Source of the DNA: Patescibacteria group bacterium
GTDB taxonomy: Bacteria > Patescibacteriota > Microgenomatia > UBA8517
Length of the DNA: 64,000 nucleotides
Assembly: GCA_041742135.1 (NCBI GenBank)
Contig: JBGSJG010000008.1
Span: 232,964 to 296,963 of the forward strand
Direction of reading: 5' to 3'
Shown here: in pieces, positions 48,251 to 57,729 of the stretch
How positions within the stretch are numbered: the first letter of the stretch is position 1
Layout: each line of letters begins with the position of its first letter
Translations under genes and position numbers: made by a program
The notes under the pieces: generated by a model
The model's input: only the letters and a program-made list of their open reading frames with translations
Told to the model about the DNA's origin: nothing
Databases searched by the model: none

Positions 48251-49255
48251 ATGAACCCAAAAGAAACTTTGACCAGAAAAAACCCTGACATTCACCTCCG
48301 ACAAGCTGTTCAGAGATGGGATCTTGCTGGGATAATAAGCATGGACGATTATACCAGTCGTGGGGCTCATGGTGGAGTTGTGAAAATAACTACAACTAAA
48401 GGTGATTTTGCTTTAAAAAGATATGATTCTTATACTAGTGAGAAAATTCCATTTTTTAATAATGTCTATAATTGTTTGTTAAAAAATGGTTTTGATGATT
48501 TTCCAGTGCCAGTCAGTACTAAAAAAAATGAACCTTATTTCAAAGACGAAGCCGACAATGCTTGGGAACTTGTTCCTTGGGTAGATGGTACTAGCCTGTC
48601 AAGTCTCGAGCTAAATAATAAATTAGTTAAGGGTGCGTCGACATTCATTGCAAATTTTCATCTGTATTGTAGAGATTTTAATATCGATTCATCGAGCGTT
48701 CTCGATAAAAGTCACTCTACGGTATGGATACCCGAAATGTTACATCGAAGAGAATTGATTGGGCGGTCGCTGGAAGGTGGGTTTGCTAACCAAGAAGTTG
48801 AACATCTTGTCACAGAACTTTTTCAACTTTCCGCTAAAATTATTCCACGGCTGACCTCAATTAGGTTCTCAAAACTTGAAGAAGGTCTACCATCTTGTGT
48901 CATACACGCAGATCTATCATTCGATCACATCTTAGCAGACGAAAGTGGTTACAAGTTAATCGACTTCGATAGAATGAGAATAGGAAAAAGAATAGTCGAT
49001 ATAGAACGGTTAATATCTGAGAGCTCAAAAAAAACTCCACAACTTGGTGAAACCGCACTAGCATCTTATCAAGAGATTTCAAGTCTAACTGCTAACGAAC
49101 AGAGTGTGTTGCCTATTTTCATTGCTTACCAACGAACGAGGCGAGCTTATTGGAGAGCTGAGAGGTTAGTCAATAATCCTGAACTATTTCAAAATGAAGG
49201 CGAAGAGTTTCGTAAGGAGTTATTGTCGGCAGTGTCTCATCTTAGTAATTTTTAA
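48251..49255 (+). CDS. APH-like phosphotransferase
   Basis: FALKRY, WVDG, ANFH, IHADLSFDH (variant Brenner motif) and IDFD. Confidence 0.8.
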   Translation: MNPKETLTRKNPDIHLRQAVQRWDLAGIISMDDYTSRGAHGGVVKITTTKGDFALKRYDSYTSEKIPFFNNVYNCLLKNGFDDFPVPVSTKKNEPYFKDEADNAWELVPWVDGTSLSSLELNNKLVKGASTFIANFHLYCRDFNIDSSSVLDKSHSTVWIPEMLHRRELIGRSLEGGFANQEVEHLVTELFQLSAKIIPRLTSIRFSKLEEGLPSCVIHADLSFDHILADESGYKLIDFDRMRIGKRIVDIERLISESSKKTPQLGETALASYQEISSLTANEQSVLPIFIAYQRTRRAYWRAERLVNNPELFQNEGEEFRKELLSAVSHLSNF

Positions 49256-49264
49256 GGGCAAAAT

Positions 49265-49963
49265 ATGAAAGAAAGATCATTTACAAAACAATTTCGGGGA
49301 GATAGAGCAGAAAAGCGTTATCAAAACGAACTTGATGCGCACCTGCTTTTTCCAGACCTAATACCAGCAGTTCTCAGTACCGATGAAGAATTATTAGAAA
49401 TTACTTTTGAACACATTTCAGGCGATTCTACTGAATGCAGTAATGAATTTTTGTTTGCTGTTGGGACAGCATTGGCAAACATTCACAAAAGCCACCAAAG
49501 TTTTTCAGAATGGAAAAATTCAAATTTAATCGAAAGATATAAATCATTTAGTGATAAGTATCTTGTAGAGTTAGTTGACCATTTACTTGATGATGTGCCA
49601 AAACCACTATACGGTTTTACCCATGGAGATTATCGGCGTAGAAATATCCTTGCATTGCCCGATACGATTAAAGTTGTTGATTGGGAATTTTTTGGGATCA
49701 ATTTTGTATACTGGGATCTAGCAATTTTTGCAGGCGATTATGTGCACCAAAAATTTCACAATCTCCAAACTAATAGCCTTAAACCATTCTGGGAAGGATA
49801 TCTTGCTGGCAATGAGCTTACAAAGGAAGAGTTAATACTTTGTAAAACACTAGGGGGTCTTGACATTATTGCTGACCCATCTTGCTACAACCAGGAGAAA
49901 AGCCCCCAGAACCAAAAGAATTATTTCTTGACTTTAATGAGACAGAAAAACAGTATTTATTAG
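49265..49963 (+). CDS. APH/choline-kinase-like phosphotransferase (C-terminus possibly frameshifted)
   Basis: LANIH, HGDYRRRN, VDWE and WDLA motifs. Confidence 0.75.
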   Translation: MKERSFTKQFRGDRAEKRYQNELDAHLLFPDLIPAVLSTDEELLEITFEHISGDSTECSNEFLFAVGTALANIHKSHQSFSEWKNSNLIERYKSFSDKYLVELVDHLLDDVPKPLYGFTHGDYRRRNILALPDTIKVVDWEFFGINFVYWDLAIFAGDYVHQKFHNLQTNSLKPFWEGYLAGNELTKEELILCKTLGGLDIIADPSCYNQEKSPQNQKNYFLTLMRQKNSIY

Positions 49964-49998
49964 ATCATGAAAATTACATGTAGCTGATAGTTTTAAAT

Positions 49999-50916
49999 AT
50001 GAAATATAAAATTCTTGTAACAGGCGGGGCTGGATTTATTGGATCACACATTGTTGATGCTTATATTGAAGCTGGACATCATGTAGCAGTAGTCGATGAT
50101 TTTTCAACAGGGTTTCATAGAAACTTAAATCCTCAGGCCACTATTTTTGAAGGTAATATCCAAGACAAATGGTTTATTAGAGAAGTTTTTAACCACTTTG
50201 TTCCAAACATTGTAAATCACCATGCCGCACAAATTTCTGTTGAAAAGTCTGTAGAAAATCCTTTATTAGATAATAAAATTAATGTTGAGGGTACTCTAAA
50301 TCTTTTAGAGGCAAGTAAACAAAAAATTCAAAAGTTCATCTTTGCCTCATCTGGTGGGGCTGTATATGGGAATCAATCTGGTGCATCTGATGAAGAAACT
50401 TGCCCCAATCCAATTTCTCCATATGGAATTTCTAAGCTAGCTTGTGAACAATATCTTAATTTCTATTCCGAGCAGTATTCACTAAAAATTCAAATCCTAA
50501 GATATTCTAATGTGTATGGTGACAGGCAAAATGCGCTTGGTGAGGCAGGGGTAATTACTAAGTTTTTTCATCAGTTTCAAAATGGCGTTCAACCGATCAT
50601 ATATGGAGATGGCAACAATACAAGAGACTTTGTTTTTGTTAGAGATGTTGCAAGTGCAAATTTGTTAGCTTTGCACAATGACAAAGAAGGCGTCTGGAAT
50701 ATTAGTTCAAATACTGAAACGAGTGTTAATGATTTATATGACCAAATATCAATCTTAGTAAACACTAGATTGCCAAAGACTCATGGACCTGCTCGAAGCA
50801 GCGAAGTAAAAAGTAGCAAACTTGATAATACTAAAGCAATTAATGAACTGGGCTGGACTCCAAAATTTAACCTTCATTCAGGACTAAAAACATTACTAGA
50901 TTCAGAAAACATTTAA
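49999..50916 (+). CDS. NAD-dependent nucleotide-sugar epimerase/dehydratase
   Basis: VTGGAGFIGSH, ASSGGAVYG, YGISK, RYSNVYG and RDFV motifs. Confidence 0.93.
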   Translation: MKYKILVTGGAGFIGSHIVDAYIEAGHHVAVVDDFSTGFHRNLNPQATIFEGNIQDKWFIREVFNHFVPNIVNHHAAQISVEKSVENPLLDNKINVEGTLNLLEASKQKIQKFIFASSGGAVYGNQSGASDEETCPNPISPYGISKLACEQYLNFYSEQYSLKIQILRYSNVYGDRQNALGEAGVITKFFHQFQNGVQPIIYGDGNNTRDFVFVRDVASANLLALHNDKEGVWNISSNTETSVNDLYDQISILVNTRLPKTHGPARSSEVKSSKLDNTKAINELGWTPKFNLHSGLKTLLDSENI

Positions 50917-50929
50917 ACCAAGTTAATAA

Positions 50930-52819
50930 CTAACTAGTGAGCATCTTTCCCAAACCCGGGATTTTCCCCACTAGCTCCCGAATTTTGTTTTTACTCGCTA
51001 GAGGTGGCTCATTGGCCGTATTTGCAGACAAAGTGCCATTAGGAGGCGACACAGGGGCGACCACTGCCTCTTTTGGAGGCACTTCTTCAGCTTCTTCCTG
51101 CTTTTCCGGTATTTCTGGACCAAGCAGGATGTTAACGTATTGATCTAAGTCTAGTTCTTCCAGAACCATTTTCTGCAGAGCTCGCTTTCGGATAAGCCAT
51201 CGTTTTACATCTGCTGGGCTGTTTGGGTCTGGTTTATCCTGTGCGATAAACTTGTCATATAAAAGTAAGATCTGATTTAGTCGTGCTTGTTTGTCAGGCG
51301 GAATCACTGGTTCGACTTCAACAATTGCATCTACGTGGACTTTTTTATCCTCTGATTTGAATTCCTTGAAGTTCACACTGTTACCTACGATACGGTACAG
51401 TTTGTCCTCACTTAAGAACTCACGATTCAGTTGAATAAGGATATTGGCTACTGTAGTCAAGGCATTGGAAATGTTCTGAGCGTTTATGCTTAATCGCAAA
51501 TTACTTTGACCCAACAGCATTGCTACTTTGCCAAGTGGCTCGCTCGATGACCTTGGGAGACCCTGCAGATACTCGCCTAACGCTAAAGTTCTGGAGATCT
51601 CGTCCCTGAGGAGTTTGTCTTCATTAAGTCCCATTAAGCTGATTTCTGGCGGCCGTTCGATCACCACATCATCCATTTTCCTGAGTTCCCACACGGCACC
51701 TGGCGAGAAGATGATGTCATTTTTAGTTATTCCAGTGTCTTTACGAATTTTGACCACTGGATCAAGCATCAATATCACATCATCCATTCGTTGGTTGCGA
51801 AGATCAGCAATCTCCATAATTGTGCTTTCAACTGGCTCAACATGACCTGTTGCCCAGAACTCCCACAGCAGTGACATATCGGGGAGGTCTACATAAATAT
51901 GCCCATTGTTAATATCCAGGTAAGGATTTTCGTCATCTCTGATTACTACTTCACCGTTGGCTATCACTACCAATTCGTCTTCTTCGTAGTCCCAGCACTC
52001 CCACAACTCCAATTGCTTTTCCTGATCGTTTTTAACAGGTAGGACTTTTTGTTCTCCCGTATCAGCTTTTTTTAGATCACCGTCAATCTGAGACATTTTC
52101 TTTGTATTGATCTCATAGCGCTCTTTTTTCCAATCTTCCACATTCTTAGGTTCACAATATTCAATATTTTTATAAATGTTGTTTTCACCTCGGTTTTCTT
52201 CCTCCTTGGTGATTTTTTCTTTTGTCTTAACTATCCTATGTATCAGCCAAGGGCAACCTTCCTGAAGGTCTTCTGTTTCCGGAGCTGGTAGAAAATCCCA
52301 CAAGTCACAGAGAATCATTGTTGGATCGTCGTACAACGTTTTGAACGTGCCGTCTGACTTTTTCCTGCTTTTAACTTTCCATGCTAACTTAACTATTCCA
52401 TTTCCATACAACACAGAAGATTCGATCCAATTGGGGAGTTTCTTGGCTAACTCAATAATATCGAAGTCGTAATTCACCAGGTCATCCCAGGAGGATAAGG
52501 ATTTGGACTCTACATCACGTTTGTCTCTTGGGATCACTCGGGTTTTGCGCTTAGCTGTTGCTAGACGTGAGACAACCGTTTTGACGATCTCAAAAGCAAT
52601 CGGCGGCATTAGCCGAGTGTTGTAGGCGTAATTTTGTTTATGTTGATAGGCCCGATATAGTCTGTACATTCTGAGCCACTTGGCTTGGTACGGCTCGCGA
52701 AACTCTTTTGCACGCTTAAATCTGGCCTTCCATTTTTTGAGAAGTTCTTCGTCACGTTCAGAAGGTGTGTATCTTTTCTGAGGTGTGATCTTTGTTTCTT
52801 TAACTTTAGGCTTTGACAT
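50930..52819 (-). CDS. Phage portal protein (P22/SU10-like)
   Basis: About 630 aa with W..Y..Y, GNGI.K..W, LWECW, N.VVIR..ENPY and NQRMD....DP motifs. Start moved to ATG 52819. Confidence 0.8.
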   Translation of the reverse strand: MSKPKVKETKITPQKRYTPSERDEELLKKWKARFKRAKEFREPYQAKWLRMYRLYRAYQHKQNYAYNTRLMPPIAFEIVKTVVSRLATAKRKTRVIPRDKRDVESKSLSSWDDLVNYDFDIIELAKKLPNWIESSVLYGNGIVKLAWKVKSRKKSDGTFKTLYDDPTMILCDLWDFLPAPETEDLQEGCPWLIHRIVKTKEKITKEEENRGENNIYKNIEYCEPKNVEDWKKERYEINTKKMSQIDGDLKKADTGEQKVLPVKNDQEKQLELWECWDYEEDELVVIANGEVVIRDDENPYLDINNGHIYVDLPDMSLLWEFWATGHVEPVESTIMEIADLRNQRMDDVILMLDPVVKIRKDTGITKNDIIFSPGAVWELRKMDDVVIERPPEISLMGLNEDKLLRDEISRTLALGEYLQGLPRSSSEPLGKVAMLLGQSNLRLSINAQNISNALTTVANILIQLNREFLSEDKLYRIVGNSVNFKEFKSEDKKVHVDAIVEVEPVIPPDKQARLNQILLLYDKFIAQDKPDPNSPADVKRWLIRKRALQKMVLEELDLDQYVNILLGPEIPEKQEEAEEVPPKEAVVAPVSPPNGTLSANTANEPPLASKNKIRELVGKIPGLGKMLTS

Positions 52820-52834
52820 AGTGGTGTTGACCAA

Positions 52835-52904
52835 CAAAAATGGGGCTTAGGTTCGTCTACTTATGGAAAATAGAGAAACCCAAGCCCCGATAGATTCGTT
52901 AGGC
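52835..52904 (-). promoter_or_regulatory. Conserved leader RNA motif, copy 2
   Basis: GCCUAACGAAUCUAUCGGGGCUUGGGUUU...GAACCUAAGCCCC-AUUUUUG, about 20 bp of stem, upstream of the portal gene. Confidence 0.75.
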
Positions 52905-52989
52905 GGATTTATTTATGCTTTAAGGCTATAAAATAGTAGGGGGAAACGCTAGTTTATTGCTGTCAGAAGCTGTAACTTTGAGGGATTTA

Positions 52990-55401
52990 TCAAAACATTC
53001 GTCTGGTTTTTGTTTCGATCTTCACTTTCCAAACTTCCATAATAAATTTATTTACGTCTTCTTCTGTGATCAGAGGTAACAAATCATCATCTGCACGATC
53101 CATAATCGGTATGTGTCCGTAACGACTTCTTTTCTTTTCTACAAGTCCATGCACTTCCATCATTAGTTGATCATAACTTGGCGAAATTAATTTCCCTTTT
53201 TCTGGCGGACCTTCTGGGTACCATTTTTTTCGATACGCATCTTCAAAAGTTTTTATATAAATTTTCAATTCGTCTACAATCTCTTTCTTACCTAATTTCA
53301 GCGCCAGCACTCCAATGTAGCAAGCTCTTTCCATTATTCTTGGTTCTGTAAAGCCATAACTATCACCTTCGCCTAAAGTCAACATTTTAATAGCAAAGTT
53401 GTAGAGAATTTTTATTGCATCTTTGGCAGTTTGATCTAAATCTTGCTGAATGGCTTTTATACCTATTTTTGATACCGCCTCGATTAAAGAGTCAAACGAA
53501 TTGTTATCTTTGATCTTTTTAAGGTCGTGAGTAAACCACTCTGTTTGGAAGATATACCAACCAATTTGTTTTGTTAATTCCTCTTTGTCACCTGCCCATT
53601 TTTCGTTTTTGGTTAAGTCGACCAATAAACAACCCACATCGGAAATAATCTCACCAAAGGTACTGACTAAAATGTGATTAGCTGTTTTCATTTTTTCTGA
53701 AAGGTACCGTAGAGTTGATCTTAACTCTTCTGTAGTAGTAAAGAATGCTTCCTTCCAGTCCTTGATTTCTTCTTCAGTTTTTGCATTCGTGGCTGCTCTA
53801 GCTGTTTGGAAAATCATCGAGGACATTGCTGTGAATGGGTTAGCTAAGTTTGTTTGAATTGAGAAGCTGTTATCAAGGGAACCTGTCACCATAGAAACAT
53901 ATGCATAAAAAATAATATTCCTCAGATGCTCCCATAAAGACCTTAGTTCCATCTCCAAGTTAAAGTATTTTGTCGCTATCAGTTGAGAGAGAATTGAGGT
54001 GTAAGTATTGATTACCTGTCCCAAAACTACGTTATATTTATTTGTTAGGGCACTCATGGCAATTTTGTCGAGCATGTCATAAATTGATATGAACTCGTGG
54101 TGGAGATTCTGTTTTATTACGATTGGGATTATTTCTTCATATGCTAATATTCCTTGGAACAAAGCCTCCTGATGGTTAAATTTAATAGCGCTCTCAAGCA
54201 GTTGGTTTAAGTAGCCTCTACATTGCTCCATTATTGGGCTTTCTACTTTGCGTTTGGTCAGGTAGTTGATCTCGCTGGCTGACTTACATAACTGCACAAA
54301 AATAGAAATTACTCGAGTAACCCCTTCATTGTCATTTTCTCTCATGTAATTCTCACCGACGGCCACCAATCTTTCGAGTGGAGGAGTTAAGAAAGCACGA
54401 GAGTCACTCGTGGTTGCTAAGATGAATCCGGCAGGCAATACAAACGAGGAATCTTTTCTAGTCTGAAAATACTTTTGAAGGATATTGGTTATTACCTGCA
54501 GAACACCCAGAGCCGAGCTTCGTTCATTGGAGGCCACCAACTTTCCATGGTAATCAAAAAGATAGTTGAGTCTACTGTTGATGTACGCAAACTCTGGTTT
54601 TAAGTATTGGAACGAGGTTGCCAAGGCTTCCTCTTTGGTAACCTTTTTATCAAGCTTTGGCTGTCTAATCAGAACGTCAGCAATTTCCTGAGCTCGTTTG
54701 TGAGTGAAATCTAACTTGGCGAAGGCTTGCTTAGAGGCAATTTTTAATACATTGTTTGGGTCAAGCCGGTCCCTGACCCTTTGATAGAAGACAAATGTTA
54801 GGTAAAAAACAAAGCCAATTAAGAATAACGCCAATTGGAAAGAGAACACTGTAAGTCCCAGATTGAGTTTGCCAAACAGTAGTGCAAAAGAGAAGACCGC
54901 TAAGGAACAACTGCTAATGAGAAAAAATATCACATCGTGCAACCAATCTCTTGCAGCAGTCTCATAAAAGCCCACCGGAATACGCTCTGCGGCATTGCCC
55001 ATTAGAAGGATACTAAGCGAAAAGATAATCGCCAAGATTCCACCGATCATGGCCGCTACTGCTGTGAAGAAGGTGATGGCATCACTCCTAGCAAATGCCG
55101 GATCAATAAACTGCCCGAGTAAAAAAATAGAGCCGATCAGAAGTAAGAAATAAATCAGAGAACCAATAAGCATTTTCTTGGCATTAAGAAAATGGAAGAC
55201 TCGAAATCTGAAGTACGTTTTTACCGTTAATCTGCCTAGGTAAAAATAAAAGATAGCAGTTTTTTTAAGTAAGGAAACCTTTTTAATTACCTTTCTACGC
55301 CAAGAGAGAAGGATTTTCTTTGCAGTTTGAAGAGTTTCCGGGCTGAAGTATTCTTTCAACCCCTTTTTTCGTTTTTTAGTCTTTTTATTATTTGCACCCA
55401 T
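52990..55401 (-). CDS. Membrane protein with N-terminal TM bundle and large helical domain (DUF2254-like)
   Basis: About 4 TM segments (aa 75-205) followed by a long helical soluble region. Confidence 0.6.
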   Translation of the reverse strand: MGANNKKTKKRKKGLKEYFSPETLQTAKKILLSWRRKVIKKVSLLKKTAIFYFYLGRLTVKTYFRFRVFHFLNAKKMLIGSLIYFLLLIGSIFLLGQFIDPAFARSDAITFFTAVAAMIGGILAIIFSLSILLMGNAAERIPVGFYETAARDWLHDVIFFLISSCSLAVFSFALLFGKLNLGLTVFSFQLALFLIGFVFYLTFVFYQRVRDRLDPNNVLKIASKQAFAKLDFTHKRAQEIADVLIRQPKLDKKVTKEEALATSFQYLKPEFAYINSRLNYLFDYHGKLVASNERSSALGVLQVITNILQKYFQTRKDSSFVLPAGFILATTSDSRAFLTPPLERLVAVGENYMRENDNEGVTRVISIFVQLCKSASEINYLTKRKVESPIMEQCRGYLNQLLESAIKFNHQEALFQGILAYEEIIPIVIKQNLHHEFISIYDMLDKIAMSALTNKYNVVLGQVINTYTSILSQLIATKYFNLEMELRSLWEHLRNIIFYAYVSMVTGSLDNSFSIQTNLANPFTAMSSMIFQTARAATNAKTEEEIKDWKEAFFTTTEELRSTLRYLSEKMKTANHILVSTFGEIISDVGCLLVDLTKNEKWAGDKEELTKQIGWYIFQTEWFTHDLKKIKDNNSFDSLIEAVSKIGIKAIQQDLDQTAKDAIKILYNFAIKMLTLGEGDSYGFTEPRIMERACYIGVLALKLGKKEIVDELKIYIKTFEDAYRKKWYPEGPPEKGKLISPSYDQLMMEVHGLVEKKRSRYGHIPIMDRADDDLLPLITEEDVNKFIMEVWKVKIETKTRRMF

Positions 55402-55422
55402 ATCTGCCTATTTAACAGCCGC

Positions 55423-57729
55423 TCAAAATTTGAATGCGCTGCTCAAAATTGCATTAAAGCTGTTCTCGCTGTTAACAGCTGTGTGGGGCAGAAGTTTGTA
55501 TATCCATTTTTTCTTCGTAGCGTTTGTAGCGATTTTGCACCATTCTTCTGCCTGCTTTGCTTTTTCCAATACCTCTGGATCTCTTTTGTCGAGCTTACTT
55601 TTATCTTTAACCTCAACTAAATAATAAGCGTCTTTATGTTCAACAATAAAATCTGGATTGTAGTTACCATAAATGTATCTGATCGGCAGTTGTCCATTTC
55701 TTAGTCTCAACCAGCTCACTACCGATTTATCTCTATCGAGTGAGTCTGCCAATAATTTCTCTTGAGCAGAATCAAAGTCATAGGCAGGATATACGCTTTT
55801 CTTATACCCCTCAATAATATTCCCTCTGGATTCAGACTCATTGACCTCATCTTTATTCAAAGGCACAGCAGATTTTTTAACCGTTTTGAAATATGGCTCA
55901 AACTCTAATTCCTCGTCGAGAACTCTATATTCAATTTTAGTCTGCTCTTGAATTTTTTCTCTTAGTTGAGGCAACACATCGTTTAAAATGGTTTGTTCGT
56001 GAAGTTTGACCAATTTTGACAATTCCTTACCTTTTGCTGGCAGTTGATCAAGATAATGTTTAATTATTTTTTGCAGTGTAGCTTTAAAAGAGACATCAAA
56101 TTCGCTCATCTCCAGAATTATTAATCTGACCATTCTGTTAATTGGATCAATTCCTTCTTTAATTTCAATATCGCCAGCTTCTTCTGTTTCCTGAGAGACA
56201 ATATCGGCTTTAACAAGTTTGGGGGTAATCTTCTTAAGTTCTTCTAGTCGCAGTTCTATAGGAAAGAACTCCAGTTTATTACTAGATTTTACCTTTGCCT
56301 CCACCACGGGGATACTAATCAAAAGTTTTTTGTCTTCAACAGGCTTAATTTCAACAGTTTTAAGCCCCTCTTTCTTTTCAGCTTTCTTAACTCCTAATCC
56401 TTCAGCGACTTCATGAGCGACCGAAACTACTCTAGAAAAGTTGTCATGCGAAATAATGTCCAAAGAGTCTAACTCCTCAACGCCTGTAAGCTCACCAAAA
56501 GGTAATCTCAAACCCCTACCAATTGTCTGTTCAATTAAAGTCTTGCTTATTGATGCTCTAAAGGGAATTATCGTATAAACGTTTTTAACATCCCAGCCTT
56601 CTTTGAGTTTGTCTACATGAATAACAATTTCATTTTTATTGACAGGGTAGGGTTCTTCCAAACGAAGAAGTTGGTTAATGGAATCAACCTCACTTTCGCT
56701 TGTCACAAGCAAGGTTTTGTTTTTATAATAACCTTCAAAAAAATCATCACTCTCAATCAAACTTTTTACATCTTTTGCATGCTGAATACTTTTTGTTGTA
56801 AGCAGGGTAATTGGGAGAACAAATGGTAGCTTGTTATTTTTACAATACTCCTCAATCAAGGCCTTCTTTTCTTGATGTCTTCTAATACCATCCTCAAGTT
56901 TGACCATCTCAAGATCGCCTTTGTAGGTATAATCATCGCTTCTGGCAATAACATAGGGCACCTTGATATACCCTCCTTTTGCGCCATTACCATTGCCTAG
57001 GCTCTCCAAAGCCTTCTTAGAGTCGTTTATGGCGTCTCCAAGCGTGTATGAGTAGACAATATTCTCACTGATTGGGGTAGCAGTAAATTCTAATCCGAGT
57101 TCTGGTTTTAGGTGGTTGATTGCTTTTATAGACTTGAGGCCACGATACCGATGACTCTCGTCCATCATTATCACAAGATCTTTTTGCTGGAGAAGTTCAG
57201 CAAAGCTGGATCCCAATGTCTCTTGAAACTTGTGAAATTTAAACTCAACGTCAGTTCGCTCGTTGAATATTTTTTGAATGTTAAACACATATATATTTAG
57301 CGATTCAAAAAGTTGATTGGCAAAATTAGAATACTCATAGTTTTCGCCGGTTATTAGATTGAACAATGGAAAATCGGTTAAACCTTCGAAAACATATTTT
57401 TTGCTTCCCGGGGTAAAGTTTTCAATCGTTTTTGTGTAGATTGTTTCACCCGGGGTAAGTATAAAAAAGTCCTTCAGACCTTTCGTTTCATATAGGTAAG
57501 CAATCATTGCTGCCATGAGCCTGGTTTTACCCACACCTGTAGCCAGAGCGAAGGTAAAGGAAGGAAACTCAGTATCAAACTTAATGTTTCCCACCAATTT
57601 GACTTCAATATCTTCTATGCTTTCCTTACCCAATTTAACATTCGAAAGTAATGTGTCTAGCTTTATCAGTGAAAGCTCTTGTGGTTTTCTTAAACTTAAT
57701 TCTTTAGTGGTTTTATCGATTATCTTCAT
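55423..57729 (-). CDS. res: Type III restriction enzyme Res subunit
   Basis: ATGVGKT, MDESH, EFTATP, KEGWDV and QTIGRGLR helicase motifs, plus C-terminal YNPDF...VEVK nuclease motif. Confidence 0.92.
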   Translation of the reverse strand: MKIIDKTTKELSLRKPQELSLIKLDTLLSNVKLGKESIEDIEVKLVGNIKFDTEFPSFTFALATGVGKTRLMAAMIAYLYETKGLKDFFILTPGETIYTKTIENFTPGSKKYVFEGLTDFPLFNLITGENYEYSNFANQLFESLNIYVFNIQKIFNERTDVEFKFHKFQETLGSSFAELLQQKDLVIMMDESHRYRGLKSIKAINHLKPELGLEFTATPISENIVYSYTLGDAINDSKKALESLGNGNGAKGGYIKVPYVIARSDDYTYKGDLEMVKLEDGIRRHQEKKALIEEYCKNNKLPFVLPITLLTTKSIQHAKDVKSLIESDDFFEGYYKNKTLLVTSESEVDSINQLLRLEEPYPVNKNEIVIHVDKLKEGWDVKNVYTIIPFRASISKTLIEQTIGRGLRLPFGELTGVEELDSLDIISHDNFSRVVSVAHEVAEGLGVKKAEKKEGLKTVEIKPVEDKKLLISIPVVEAKVKSSNKLEFFPIELRLEELKKITPKLVKADIVSQETEEAGDIEIKEGIDPINRMVRLIILEMSEFDVSFKATLQKIIKHYLDQLPAKGKELSKLVKLHEQTILNDVLPQLREKIQEQTKIEYRVLDEELEFEPYFKTVKKSAVPLNKDEVNESESRGNIIEGYKKSVYPAYDFDSAQEKLLADSLDRDKSVVSWLRLRNGQLPIRYIYGNYNPDFIVEHKDAYYLVEVKDKSKLDKRDPEVLEKAKQAEEWCKIATNATKKKWIYKLLPHTAVNSENSFNAILSSAFKF

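Noticed and set aside
38941-50916. Standard phage dpd DNA-modification or host queuosine operon
   Set aside because: No DpdA/TGT, QueF or QueA is recognisable in the window. It cannot be excluded that they lie outside it.
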